From an uncultured Poribacteria bacterium (lineage in GTDB: Bacteria; Poribacteria; WGA-4E; WGA-3G), in assembly GCA_951813565.1 (NCBI GenBank), contig OX638351.1:3840001-3904000 (forward strand): DNA of 64,000 bases, given 5' to 3'. A model generated the notes under the pieces. That model was not told the origin of the DNA and did not search any database. It was given only the letters and a program-made list of their open reading frames with translations. Each line of letters starts with the position of its first letter. The stretch's first letter is position 1. Made by a program: the position numbers and the translations under genes. This document shows, in pieces, positions 52,487 to 62,100 of this stretch.

Positions 52487-52741
52487 TTGCAATATATCCG
52501 CAGATTCGATTCAGGATTAGGACACAGAGGTATACTCCTGAATAAACCAAAGAGTACCTATTTTGATAAAGAAGATATATTACATCTGGTGATTTCTGAC
52601 GAACCCCAAAGTGGTAGTCTGGAATTGAGTCCTAATATCACCGCTGAATTGAATGATAAAGGTGAACTTATCGGTATTGAGATTCTCAATGCAAGCACTT
52701 TCATTCAGGAAACAGTTTTAGATAAGGGGTACGTTAAATAA
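52487..52741 (+). pseudogene. DUF2283-family protein, probably degenerate (uncertain start, short C-terminus)
   Basis: YF...DIL.L...D.GELIGIEILNAS; the RBS-like GAGG is followed by CTG rather than ATG. Confidence 0.55.
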
Positions 52742-52828
52742 TTTTCACTTACCGATGTCTAAGTTTCTTAACGCTCTTCCCGTCAAATCCCCATGCTTTA
52801 GCTTGTGGGATGTAAACGGGCAAAAACC

Positions 52829-52857
52829 TTGACATTGAAATGAAACCCTGATATACT
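52829..52857 (+). promoter_or_regulatory. Sigma70 promoter for tnpB/omegaRNA
   Basis: TTGACA-17 bp-TATACT. Confidence 0.8.
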
Positions 52858-52941
52858 AATTAGACCGTTTCAGTGGTAGTTGTTGTAGCAGCTGCCACAC
52901 CACTACAATGGGAAACGGACTCTTCACAGAAACAGCATATC

Positions 52942-54054
52942 ATGAGAAAAACCTATAAATATAAGATACAAAACCAAAAGAACACACACAAACTTGGCAA
53001 CCTGCTTGACGATATGTGGGAAATCCACGTGCATATCATGCGTTTGGCACGTAGGTATTACCTTATATTTGGAAAGAACCTATCCGCGTATCGTATAAAC
53101 GCACATGTTGCGAAACTCAAAAAGCGGACAAAACCGCATTGGGCAGACTTGCCGAGCCAAGTTGTGCAAGACGTTGTGCTGCGTTATGGTAAATCTCAAG
53201 ACGCTTTCTTTGAGAATATCGAAGACCGAAAAGCGGGCAAAACAACGCGTAAAGTGGGTAGACCGAAAATCAAACCGAGACACAAATACAATTCTATGAC
53301 ATTCACTCAAGCTGGCTATACATTGGAAGATAAGCGTATCAAAATCAATTGTATAGACACATGGTTTTCCTACCACAAACACCGTGATTTCAAAGGAACT
53401 ATCAAGACGATCACCATCAAACGTGACAGGTGCGGTGACTATTGGATATGCTTTTCGTGCGAGAATGTTGACGATTCCGAACCCAAACCCAAGACGGGTA
53501 AGAGCGCAGGATTTGATTACGGAAACAAAACATTCCTCACAAGCGACGAAGGCAACAAGACAGAATCACCAAAACTTTTCAAGCAATCACTCAAGACGCT
53601 GCAATCTCTCAACAAAGCACTCAGTCGTAAAGTCAAAGGTTCTAACAACTATTATCGTGCGTGCCGTGCTTTAGCAAGGCAACACAGAAAGGTTGCACGA
53701 CAAAGAGAAGATTGGCAATGGAAACTTGCCTCAAAACTTTGTGTAGAGTTTGACACACTCATTTTTGAAACGCTGAACCTTGACGGTATGAAACGATTAT
53801 GGGGACGTAAAGTTTCTGACCATTCTTTCTACCAGTTTCTTCAGATATTGGAACAGAAGTGTGCGAAGCACGGCAAAAAACTTTTGCAAATCTCTCAATG
53901 GATAGCAACGACAAAACCTTGCAGTGATTGTGGATACCATAACGAAGAACTCTCTCTCGCAGATAGACAGTGGACATGCCCCGAATGTGGCTCACACCAC
54001 GACAGAGACACCAACGCTGCTATCAATATCAAACGGGCAGGCTTGGCTGCCTAA
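52942..54054 (+). CDS. tnpB: RNA-guided endonuclease TnpB
   Basis: TYKYK N-terminus; RuvC D (GFDYG), E (FETL), D (DRDTNAAINI); CSDC/CPEC zinc finger. Confidence 0.95.
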   Translation: MRKTYKYKIQNQKNTHKLGNLLDDMWEIHVHIMRLARRYYLIFGKNLSAYRINAHVAKLKKRTKPHWADLPSQVVQDVVLRYGKSQDAFFENIEDRKAGKTTRKVGRPKIKPRHKYNSMTFTQAGYTLEDKRIKINCIDTWFSYHKHRDFKGTIKTITIKRDRCGDYWICFSCENVDDSEPKPKTGKSAGFDYGNKTFLTSDEGNKTESPKLFKQSLKTLQSLNKALSRKVKGSNNYYRACRALARQHRKVARQREDWQWKLASKLCVEFDTLIFETLNLDGMKRLWGRKVSDHSFYQFLQILEQKCAKHGKKLLQISQWIATTKPCSDCGYHNEELSLADRQWTCPECGSHHDRDTNAAINIKRAGLAA

Positions 54055-54146
54055 AGTGGAGCGACAATAAGACGGTGGACGCTAAGCGAAAACCGCAGTC
54101 GCAAGGAAGCACAAGCCCCTACCTTTAGGTAGTGGGTACCTATGAC
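54028..54146 (+). ncRNA. TnpB omegaRNA (reRNA) scaffold, copy 1; predicted guide begins at 54147
   Basis: Overlaps the tnpB 3' end; hairpins ggcag/ctgcc and gcgac..gtcgc; RE hairpin; possible pseudoknot gcttg/caagc. Confidence 0.8.
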
Positions 54147-54181
54147 TCGGGGAGTCATTGAAATAGAGAAGGTTTAAAGGC

Positions 54182-55318
54182 ATGGCAAAAACATTTTCTC
54201 TCTTTGATGAATTTGTCCTTGATGTTCCTCCCACAGAAGGCATAAAGTACGCAGGCTCCAAACTAAAACTCATCCCACAAATACTTGAACTCGCCAAAAA
54301 AGTCGACGCTAAGACAATTTTAGATGGTTTTGCAGGCACAACCCGTGTCTCACAAGCATTCGCCAAACTCGGTTATACCATTATATGCAACGATATCGCG
54401 CCGTGGTCAGAAGTTTTGGGAACATGCTACCTTCTTAACACAAAACCGCGCTCTGAATATCAACCGCTTGTTGACCATTTAAACGCTGTGCCACCAGCAG
54501 ATGGATGGTTCACAGAGCATTATGGCGGACATGTGAATGACGGATGTGCAATCCAAGCAGATGGACTTAAAAAGCCGTGGCAGTTACATAATACTCGTAA
54601 ATTAGATGCGATTCGTCAGGAAATTGAAACCCTTAAGCTTGATCCAGTTGATAAAGCGGTGGCACTGACGAGTCTAATTTTGGCACTGGATAAGGTTGAT
54701 AGCACCCTCGGTCATTATTCCGCCTATCTCAAAGATTGGGCGCCTCGCGCCTATAAAGAACTTGTGCTTGAAGTGCCAAAAGTTTTTATATCAGAAGGAA
54801 ATCATGAGGTTTACCAAACCGACATTTTTGATCTTGTCTCACGCGTCTCTGTAGACCTCGCATATTTTGATCCACCCTACGGTTCAAACAATGAAAAAAT
54901 GCCGCCATCTCGTGTGAGATACGCGGCATACTACCATCTTTGGAAAAGCGTTATTCTCTTTGACAAACCTACCCTTTTCGGTAAGGCGAAACGGCGCGAG
55001 GATACTTCTGATCAGCTCTCCGCATCCGTATTTGAGGAGTTCCGACGCGACACAAACGGTCGTTTCATCGCCGTTGATGCAATAGCAGAACTGATTCGTG
55101 CCACACAAGCACGGTGGATTATCTTATCATACAGTTCTGGTGGGCGTGCAACTGCCGAAGAACTAAACGCAGTCATGCAAACAAACGGAAAACTCCTCGC
55201 TGTCGTTGAAATGAATTACAAACGGAACGTCATGGCAGGTATGAGATGGACACTTGAATGGGTGAATGCAGCTGAAAAACCGAACCGAGAATTCCTCTTC
55301 CTACTTGAGAAAAGTTAA
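54182..55318 (+). CDS. DNA adenine methyltransferase (D12/FokI-like), apparently orphan
   Basis: KYAGSK, DGFAGT, YFDPPY, LSYS. Confidence 0.88.
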   Translation: MAKTFSLFDEFVLDVPPTEGIKYAGSKLKLIPQILELAKKVDAKTILDGFAGTTRVSQAFAKLGYTIICNDIAPWSEVLGTCYLLNTKPRSEYQPLVDHLNAVPPADGWFTEHYGGHVNDGCAIQADGLKKPWQLHNTRKLDAIRQEIETLKLDPVDKAVALTSLILALDKVDSTLGHYSAYLKDWAPRAYKELVLEVPKVFISEGNHEVYQTDIFDLVSRVSVDLAYFDPPYGSNNEKMPPSRVRYAAYYHLWKSVILFDKPTLFGKAKRREDTSDQLSASVFEEFRRDTNGRFIAVDAIAELIRATQARWIILSYSSGGRATAEELNAVMQTNGKLLAVVEMNYKRNVMAGMRWTLEWVNAAEKPNREFLFLLEKS

Positions 55319-56358
55319 CGACTAATACGGACACTTCCTGCTTGCATCGCCTTTTCTGCTTCTGCTGCTGTTGCCCAGTTAAAGTCCCCTGGGAAGGTAT
55401 GTGCTAAGGCAGAGTATCCCCCTGCGAAATCAACAGCATCTTGAGGTGATTTTCCGTTCAGGAGACTATAGATTAATCCGGATGAGAAACTGTCGCCACC
55501 ACCTACCCTGTCTACCAATTCTAAATCTTCGTAGATACGTGAAAGATAGAATTCTTCACCATCAAACAGGAGTGTCCGCCAATCATTTAGCCAGCCGGTT
55601 TTAGCATCACGCAACGTTGTGCCGATCATTTCAATGTTTGGGAAAGCCTCTTTGACACGCTGCGCAACCTCTTTATAGCTCTCAGGTTCCAGTTTGCTAT
55701 ACGATTCAGTTGCACCTTCCGCAGCGAACCCCAAGGATTTCTCAAAATCCTCCTCGTTGCCGATAAGAACTGAGACGTGTTCCATCATCGGTCGGTTCGT
55801 TGCTTGCGCTTGTTCTGCACTCCACAATTTAGAACGGAAGTTGAGGTCGTAGCTTGTTTTGACACCTGCTACCCGAGCTGCTTTGAGGGCTTCAGCAGAA
55901 ACAGCAGCAGCAGATTCCGACAAAGCAGGTGTGATGCCGCTCAGATGAAACCAACGCGCATTGCTAAAAATGGATGTCCAATCAATCTCACCGGACTGAA
56001 CTTTGGAGATAGCAGAATGTCCACGGTCGTAAGTAACACTGCTCGCTCGGGGACCTGCTCCCATTTCAAGGTGATAAAACCCGTTTCGTTCAAAGCCGAC
56101 ACCGTCAAAGTCAACCCATACGATATTAGACATGTTTACGCCAAGTTCCCGCCCTTTGTTGCGAATATAGCGACCTGACCAATTATCCACGAGTCGTGAT
56201 ACCCATGCCGTTTTTAAGCCGAGTTGTGCAGCGTTAACAGCGACGTTCATTTCTGCACCGCCTGCTGTTATTTCCAACGATGACACCTGCTCGAGACGCA
56301 TGAATTCTGGTGCTGTGAGACGGATCATCGCTTCCCCAAACGTAACTAAATCATACAT
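55315..56358 (-). CDS. kdgK: PfkB sugar kinase, 2-keto-3-deoxygluconate kinase-like
   Basis: FGEAM.RL, GGAE.NVA, SGITPAL, DLNFR.KLW, DRVGGGDSF. Confidence 0.88.
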   Translation of the reverse strand: MYDLVTFGEAMIRLTAPEFMRLEQVSSLEITAGGAEMNVAVNAAQLGLKTAWVSRLVDNWSGRYIRNKGRELGVNMSNIVWVDFDGVGFERNGFYHLEMGAGPRASSVTYDRGHSAISKVQSGEIDWTSIFSNARWFHLSGITPALSESAAAVSAEALKAARVAGVKTSYDLNFRSKLWSAEQAQATNRPMMEHVSVLIGNEEDFEKSLGFAAEGATESYSKLEPESYKEVAQRVKEAFPNIEMIGTTLRDAKTGWLNDWRTLLFDGEEFYLSRIYEDLELVDRVGGGDSFSSGLIYSLLNGKSPQDAVDFAGGYSALAHTFPGDFNWATAAEAEKAMQAGSVRISR

Positions 56359-56642
56359 TATTTATTCTCCTGTTTTTGTGTCTGTTGATTTTTAAATTCG
56401 TTGTATAGTTTTTCGATACATTCTCTACAGAAACAGTAAACTCTACCGTAAGTCCCTACCTCTTTTTCCAGCAATTGGTTCATCGGAAAGTCTTTTTGGC
56501 AGAATGCGCAAACTTCTGTGGGGTCTGCCGGCGGTGATTCACTGTCCGTTTTCTGCCTGGTAGAAAGGAGCAAAATCACTAAAACTGTGATTGGTAGGAT
56601 AAATATACAAAAGACGAAAAACATTGTAATTACCTTATTCAA
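56358..56642 (-). CDS. Small membrane protein with Cys pairs
   Basis: TM helix; CAFC...C.CREC; stop overlaps the kdgK start. Confidence 0.6.
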   Translation of the reverse strand: MNKVITMFFVFCIFILPITVLVILLLSTRQKTDSESPPADPTEVCAFCQKDFPMNQLLEKEVGTYGRVYCFCRECIEKLYNEFKNQQTQKQENK

Positions 56643-56714
56643 CTATAGCAACTAACTTTTGTCACTATAGCCGATAAGTGTCATAATGTCAACGAAATTT
56701 GGCAATCGCGCCAG

Positions 56715-56827
56715 AGGCATTCAATTTTCCAATAATTTCTTTTTTTCCTAAAACCTCTTCCTGTAGGAGCGAGCTCCAGCTCGCGACTTTCGACTAAAAC
56801 GAGTAATAAACCGACAATTGAATGCCT
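56715..56827. mobile_element. Short TIR MITE containing a GTAG REP
   Basis: aggcattcaatt/aattgaatgcct; internal gtaggagcgagctccagctcgc. Confidence 0.55.
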
Positions 56828-57023
56828 ATGAGAATAGCGCTATGTTAGCGAAGAACGTTTGTATGTAAAATTCAAAATCAGAAAATGTTTGACACATGAC
56901 GGAAGTGTTGGTAAGATAATTAGCACTTGATATAGCATGTGGACTTGTGTAATGACACTTCAGGTAAGTGTATATGACATCACAAAGGGACTATGAAACC
57001 GCGTTTGAAATGGAGAAGATAGC

Positions 57024-59210
57024 ATGGAAGACCGGATTGATATCGGTAGCCTCAAAATAGATCAAGATTTGTATGCATTGGTCCGAGATGAGATTGCACC
57101 TGGAACAGGCGTAGATGCAGACTCCTTCTGGACAGCATTCGACGAAATTGTTAAAAAGTTTGCTCCAGAAAACCGATTGCTATTGGAAAAACGGGATACA
57201 CTGCAGCAACAGATTGACGCGTGGCATCTTGAACGCAAAGGTGAACCGATGGACCATGAGGCATATTCTGCGTTCCTTACCGACATAGGATATCTGGTGA
57301 CTGAAGGTGATGATTTTATCGTCACAACGGAAGATGTTGATTTAGAGATTGCGCTGATTGCCGGTCCGCAGTTAGTTGTCCCGGTAGATAATGCACGCTA
57401 CGCCTTAAATGCAACAAACGCACGATGGGGTAGTCTCTATGACGCACTTTACGGAACCGATGTGATTGATGAAGCAGATGGGGCTACCCGGAGTGGTGAC
57501 TATAATCCAATTCGTGGTGTGAAGGTTATCGCTTACACAGAGCAGTTTTTAGATGAAGTCATCAATCTTGAATCGGGAAGTTTTTCTGATGTTACAGATT
57601 TTTTGCTTAAGACAATTGATGGAAAGTTGCAGCTACGTGCTACCCTTCGTGATAGAAACGAAGTTGGTTTAGAAGACCCAAGCAAATTTGTGGGTTTTAC
57701 GCAAGATGGTGATAAACTCAGTTCTATTCTTTTTCAAAACCATGGATTGCACATTGAAATACAGATTGACAGGGAACACCCGATTGGCAAAGCACATCCT
57801 GCTGGTGTTGCAGATGTAATCCTTGAGTCTGCAATCACAACTATTCAGGATTGCGAAGACTCGGTTGCTGCTGTTGATGCCGAGGATAAAGTGCGCGTCT
57901 ACAGCAATTGGAACGGCATCATGAAAGGAACGTTAGAAACAACGTTTGAGAAAAATGGAAAGATGATAACCAGACGATTAGCACCAGATAAAACATACAC
58001 AGCACCAGATGGTAGCACTTTTACATTGTCGGGCAGGAGTTTGCTCTTAATTCGGAACGTTGGACTCCACATGTATACAGATGCCGTCTTAACAGCAGAC
58101 GGCGAAGAAATTCCTGAAGGTTTCCTTGATGCAATGGTAACAACATTTGCCGCTATGCACGATCTGCAAGGGAAAAGCGAATATACCAATAGCAAAACAG
58201 GTAGTGTCTATATCGTCAAACCGAAATTCCACGGACCTGAAGAGGTGGATATGACCGTTCGGTTGTTTGAAAAGATTGAGGATACACTTGGACTCACGCC
58301 GAATACTATAAAAATTGGAATTATGGATGAAGAACGCCGCACCACCGTTAATCTCAAAGAAGTGCTTCGAATAGCATCACAACGTCTCGTGTTCATAAAT
58401 ACCGGATTTTTGGACAGAACAGGTGATGAAATCCATACAAGCATGGAAGCCGGTCCAATGATTCCGAAAGTAGACATTCGTAATGAACCTTGGATGCGTG
58501 CTTACGAGGATTGGAATGTTGATATTGGGATTGAGACGGGTTTGCCCGGTATTACACAGATTGGCAAAGGGATGTGGACAAAACCTGATGAGATGGCGGA
58601 GATGCTTGAGGCAAAAGTGAATCATCCGATGGCGGGAGCAACAACAGCGTGGGTGCCTTCACCGACAGCCGCTACATTACACGCGATACACTATCATAAA
58701 GTGAATGTTGCCAAATGGTTAGACGAACTCGCTTTGCGGGAGCGTGCAAGTTTAAGAGACCTATTGACCCCACCCTTGCTAAATGAACGTGAGTTGTCCG
58801 CTGATGAAATCCAACGTGAAATGGACAACAATGCACAAGGGATTCTCGGATATGTCGTGCGATGGGTAGACCAAGGTATCGGTTGTTCCAAAATATCGGA
58901 TATCAATAACGTCGGTTTGATGGAAGATCGCGCAACATTGCGGATTTCAAGTCAACATATAACGAATTGGCTGCGTCATGGGATTGTAACGAAAGCGCAG
59001 GTTACAGAGACGTTTGAACGGATGGCAAAGGTTGTTGACGAACAAAACGCAAGTGACTTGAACTATCGGAATATGGCGCCCAATTATGAACAGAGCATCG
59101 CTTTTCAAGCAGCTTTAGATTTAGTTTTTAAGGGATGTGAGTTGCCGAATGGATATACAGAATTTGTGCTTCATCCACGCAGACGCGAGGTTAAGTCAAG
59201 AAATAAATGA
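57024..59210 (+). CDS. glcB: Malate synthase G
   Basis: [57 protein letters not shown]. Confidence 0.97.
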   Translation: MEDRIDIGSLKIDQDLYALVRDEIAPGTGVDADSFWTAFDEIVKKFAPENRLLLEKRDTLQQQIDAWHLERKGEPMDHEAYSAFLTDIGYLVTEGDDFIVTTEDVDLEIALIAGPQLVVPVDNARYALNATNARWGSLYDALYGTDVIDEADGATRSGDYNPIRGVKVIAYTEQFLDEVINLESGSFSDVTDFLLKTIDGKLQLRATLRDRNEVGLEDPSKFVGFTQDGDKLSSILFQNHGLHIEIQIDREHPIGKAHPAGVADVILESAITTIQDCEDSVAAVDAEDKVRVYSNWNGIMKGTLETTFEKNGKMITRRLAPDKTYTAPDGSTFTLSGRSLLLIRNVGLHMYTDAVLTADGEEIPEGFLDAMVTTFAAMHDLQGKSEYTNSKTGSVYIVKPKFHGPEEVDMTVRLFEKIEDTLGLTPNTIKIGIMDEERRTTVNLKEVLRIASQRLVFINTGFLDRTGDEIHTSMEAGPMIPKVDIRNEPWMRAYEDWNVDIGIETGLPGITQIGKGMWTKPDEMAEMLEAKVNHPMAGATTAWVPSPTAATLHAIHYHKVNVAKWLDELALRERASLRDLLTPPLLNERELSADEIQREMDNNAQGILGYVVRWVDQGIGCSKISDINNVGLMEDRATLRISSQHITNWLRHGIVTKAQVTETFERMAKVVDEQNASDLNYRNMAPNYEQSIAFQAALDLVFKGCELPNGYTEFVLHPRRREVKSRNK

Positions 59211-59563
59211 GGGGTGTGCATAAATAATTCCGATGTTAAATATGCGCTTAAAGGTAGTCCGAACAAGCCGTGGGTTTCCGTCCACAAGTTCAAAGAGGCA
59301 CAGCATGCCACACGGGGAATGCCATAAGGCATTCGGACCCGGTGAATGACTAAAGACGAATGCGCCAAATCAACGGTATGAATGCCTGCTGGCATTCCCC
59401 GTATGGCATTCGCCATGGTTCATACCGTTGATTTCTTGATTTGGCGCATGCTGCGTTGATTTGGCAATGAATTGCGCGACTGCAAACGCATTTCTATAAA
59501 TCAAGCGGTACCTGGCGTCTGTCCCTGTCTGTGTTTATGCGCCAATATTTATGCACACCCCTC
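59209..59563. mobile_element. IS256-like MITE with nested palindromes
   Basis: 18-bp perfect TIR gaggggtgtgcataaata; 8-bp TSD aaataaat (59201-59208/59564-59571). Confidence 0.85.
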
Positions 59564-59581
59564 AAATAAATAAAACAGCGG

Positions 59582-59714
59582 TAGTGCCTCGTCAAGTGAT
59601 AATTGATGGGTCTTGAAAGTAGTCGGGAATCGGAGTTCCCTCCTACCATAAGCGTTCCATCGGTAGGAACGATCTCCGAATCGTGACGGACAATAATATG
59701 TTGACAAAGCAGTA
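59582..59714. mobile_element. Degenerate TIR MITE containing GTAG REPs
   Basis: tagtgcctcgtcaa / ttgacaaagcagta; internal gtagtcgggaa..ttccctcctac and gtaggaacgat..atcgt. Confidence 0.5.
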
Positions 59715-59751
59715 GTATGAAGGGACATCCTTAGCCTATTTGGTCTTTACC

Positions 59752-60606
59752 TTATGAATGAAGTCTGTAAAATTTGATTGCGTTGTCGTGAAAGAGTTTT
59801 TTTAGCTCTTCAGGGGTACACCCTGAAACCGCTTCCTGCAGTGTTTGCACCCAACGTGGATAATCCGATGCAAGTGTTGAGACTGGCCAATCGCTCCCAT
59901 AAATAACACGGTCAAATCCAAAACATTCAATAACGTGTTCAATATAAGGCTGCAGGTCTGCAGCAGTCCAGTTCTCATGATCCGCCTCTGTTACCAACCC
60001 GGATATTTTACAATAGACGTTCGGGAAATCCGCAAGAGTCTTAATCTCCTGTTTCCAGGGTTCAAACAGCTGATTCTTGATATCGGGTTTGCCGATATGA
60101 TCTAAAATAAATTGGATATTTGGACACTGCTCTACAAGCCGAATTGCATTAGCCAGTTGCGGGTGAAAGATACATATATCGAAACTCAATCCGTAGCGCG
60201 CAAGCGTTTTGACTCCATTTATGAAGTTGGGTTGGATACAAAAATCAACATTTTCCCCTTGAATGAGACGACGAATACCTTTTACAAGCGTATCTTCAGC
60301 CAATTTTTCCACAAAGGGTGCTACTTGTTTGCCTTCTTCAAGAGGTGCCCATGCTACAATACCACGAATGCGTGGCTCTACAGCTGCAAGTGAGGTAACC
60401 CAAGCAGTCTCTTTCAGCCCATCATCCGGATGCGTATCACATTGGACAAAAACAATAGATTCTATTTCCAGATTCTCATGCGCGGTAGAATAATCATTCA
60501 GAAGATACGGTTTATTTAATCTTGGAACTTGCTTTAGCCAAGGGTATCTTAGCTGCTTCGGGTGCCATAGATGAACATGTGTATCAACAATCGGGAATTT
60601 GTCCAT
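59752..60606 (-). CDS. Amidohydrolase 2 family (L-fuconolactonase-like)
   Basis: DTHVHLW, DHIGKP, KISGL.TE, YGSDWPV; GGAGG RBS before the ATG at 60606. Confidence 0.88.
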   Translation of the reverse strand: MDKFPIVDTHVHLWHPKQLRYPWLKQVPRLNKPYLLNDYSTAHENLEIESIVFVQCDTHPDDGLKETAWVTSLAAVEPRIRGIVAWAPLEEGKQVAPFVEKLAEDTLVKGIRRLIQGENVDFCIQPNFINGVKTLARYGLSFDICIFHPQLANAIRLVEQCPNIQFILDHIGKPDIKNQLFEPWKQEIKTLADFPNVYCKISGLVTEADHENWTAADLQPYIEHVIECFGFDRVIYGSDWPVSTLASDYPRWVQTLQEAVSGCTPEELKKLFHDNAIKFYRLHS

Positions 60607-60893
60607 TGTCCACCTCCAATATGCAAAGGATTGGTATATTTTATTGTTTTTGTCTAAAATTGTCAATCAATTAATAACCACATCAGGACATTTTATTCTT
60701 CAAAAGTCTTAATCATTATTATTAAGGCTTTTCGCTGTGTATCAATGTAAATGTTCAAAAGAGAAAATAAATAGTCCTACTCCATATTAAAATGATTGAC
60801 TCATAAATCCTTCTACGGTATAATCAAGAGAACATTGGAACTTCATTACCAGAACGATACGTTGGACACTTTTCATCAATAAGGAGATAATCT

Positions 60894-61691
60894 ATGTATG
60901 AAAAAATGATATTCATCCTAACCTTAAGTATTTGCGCGCTATTTCTCACTGTTCTTTCCGTTAATGCACAATTTCCTGAAGATGGTGTCGTGGGGTACTG
61001 GCCATTTGACGATGGGACAATTAATGGCAACACTGTTCAAGATGTGTTGGGTGAAAACGACGGTACACTTGACGGAAATCCTAAGTCTGTTGCTGGTAAA
61101 GTTGGCAAGGGTCTTGAATTTGATAGTGACAACTTTGTCCATATTCCTGGTACAGATTCGTTGAATTTCAATGGTAAGGAGGCAATGACTGTTGCTGCGT
61201 GGATAAATGGTGATAGCGATTCTCCTGTAGACGGTGCTGTTCCCGGTGTATGCTGCGGAACGATTGTTGCGCAACGCGATGTAGACGGTTGGGCACTACG
61301 GTTTGATGGTAGAAATGCAGCAAGCGAATTAGAATTTATTACGCAACCGGCTTGGCAAGGCGATGGTGGATTTGGCGTTGCTGCCCAGCCAAAAGGTGAA
61401 TGGCATCATCTTGTTGGAGTCGTTGACGGAAAGCAGAAATTTCTGTACCTTGATGGCAAATTAGCGAAGGAAGGTAATTTCAACGGTCCGATGTCAACAG
61501 GTGGCACAGAAACTGAGATTGGCAGTGCTCAGAAGGATGGGGGCTTCATAGGAATTATTGATGAGGTTGTAATTTACAATAGGGCACTTTCTGAAAAGGA
61601 AGTTGAGCAGCTTTTTGCTGCAGAAGGTCTTCCTGTGCAACCCCAAGGTAAACTTGCTATCCAGTGGGGACAGATTAAATCTTCTTTTTAA
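60894..61691 (+). CDS. Secreted LamG-like jellyroll protein
   Basis: YW.FD, WHHLVG, G.IDEV.IYNRALS; C-terminal VQPQGKLAIQWGQIK. Confidence 0.88.
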   Translation: MYEKMIFILTLSICALFLTVLSVNAQFPEDGVVGYWPFDDGTINGNTVQDVLGENDGTLDGNPKSVAGKVGKGLEFDSDNFVHIPGTDSLNFNGKEAMTVAAWINGDSDSPVDGAVPGVCCGTIVAQRDVDGWALRFDGRNAASELEFITQPAWQGDGGFGVAAQPKGEWHHLVGVVDGKQKFLYLDGKLAKEGNFNGPMSTGGTETEIGSAQKDGGFIGIIDEVVIYNRALSEKEVEQLFAAEGLPVQPQGKLAIQWGQIKSSF

Positions 61692-61692
61692 C

Positions 61693-62100
61693 ACTCCCCC
61701 GTCAAATCCCCATGCTTTAGCTTGTGGGATGTCCACGGCTAACAATGTGATGGACATCACAAAATGTCCAGCGAAAGCGGAATAAAACCCATCGCTATAA
61801 CTAAATCTATAAAGTTGGTGGATAGCGTCCATATCAAGCTACTGCAGTAATGCAGACTGGAATGCGTGAGCGGAGGCAACCCCTCCCGAAGTCTAAGGAC
61901 TTGTCGCGTGGCGTGCCTGGTAGAAAGGGCAGCTATAAAATGGGTGGAAACAGAGCCAACCCACGACATTGCGAAAAATAAATCAAACGGGCAGGCTTGG
62001 CTGCCTAAAGTGGAGCGACAATAAGACGGTGGACGCTAAGCGAAAACCGCAGTCGCGAGGAAGCACAAGCCCCTACCTTTAGGTAGTGGGTACCTATGAC
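61693..62100 (+). mobile_element. Non-coding IS200/IS605 derivative: LE + ~250-nt structured insert + omegaRNA/RE
   Basis: 35-bp LE identity with 52779-52813; 118/119 identity of 61982-62100 with 54028-54146; preceded by TTAAC. Confidence 0.9.

Larger units (their letters stand above)
52773..54146 (+). mobile_element. IS200/IS605-family (IS1341-like) tnpB-only element
   Basis: Follows TTAAC; LE hairpin tccccatgctttagcttgtggga; tnpB; RE hairpin cccctacctttaggtagtggg ending TGAC; boundaries defined by comparison with the second copy at 61693-62100. Confidence 0.9.

Noticed and set aside
52873..52941. N-terminal extension of TnpB from the GTG at 52873
   Set aside because: It lies in the hairpin leader just after the predicted TSS; MRKTYKYK matches typical TnpB starts.
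61494..61969. Minus-strand ORFs of 112 and 70 aa, and a plus-strand 60-aa ORF, over the mini-element
   Set aside because: They cross the element boundary or overlap the LamG gene and have no recognisable motif or RBS; likely spurious.
61693..62100. IStron (group I intron + IS605 ends)
   Set aside because: I could not find convincing P7/R/S core motifs. The element ends in C rather than G, the 5' flank ends in C rather than U, and it is intergenic. An Rfam scan is needed to exclude this fully.
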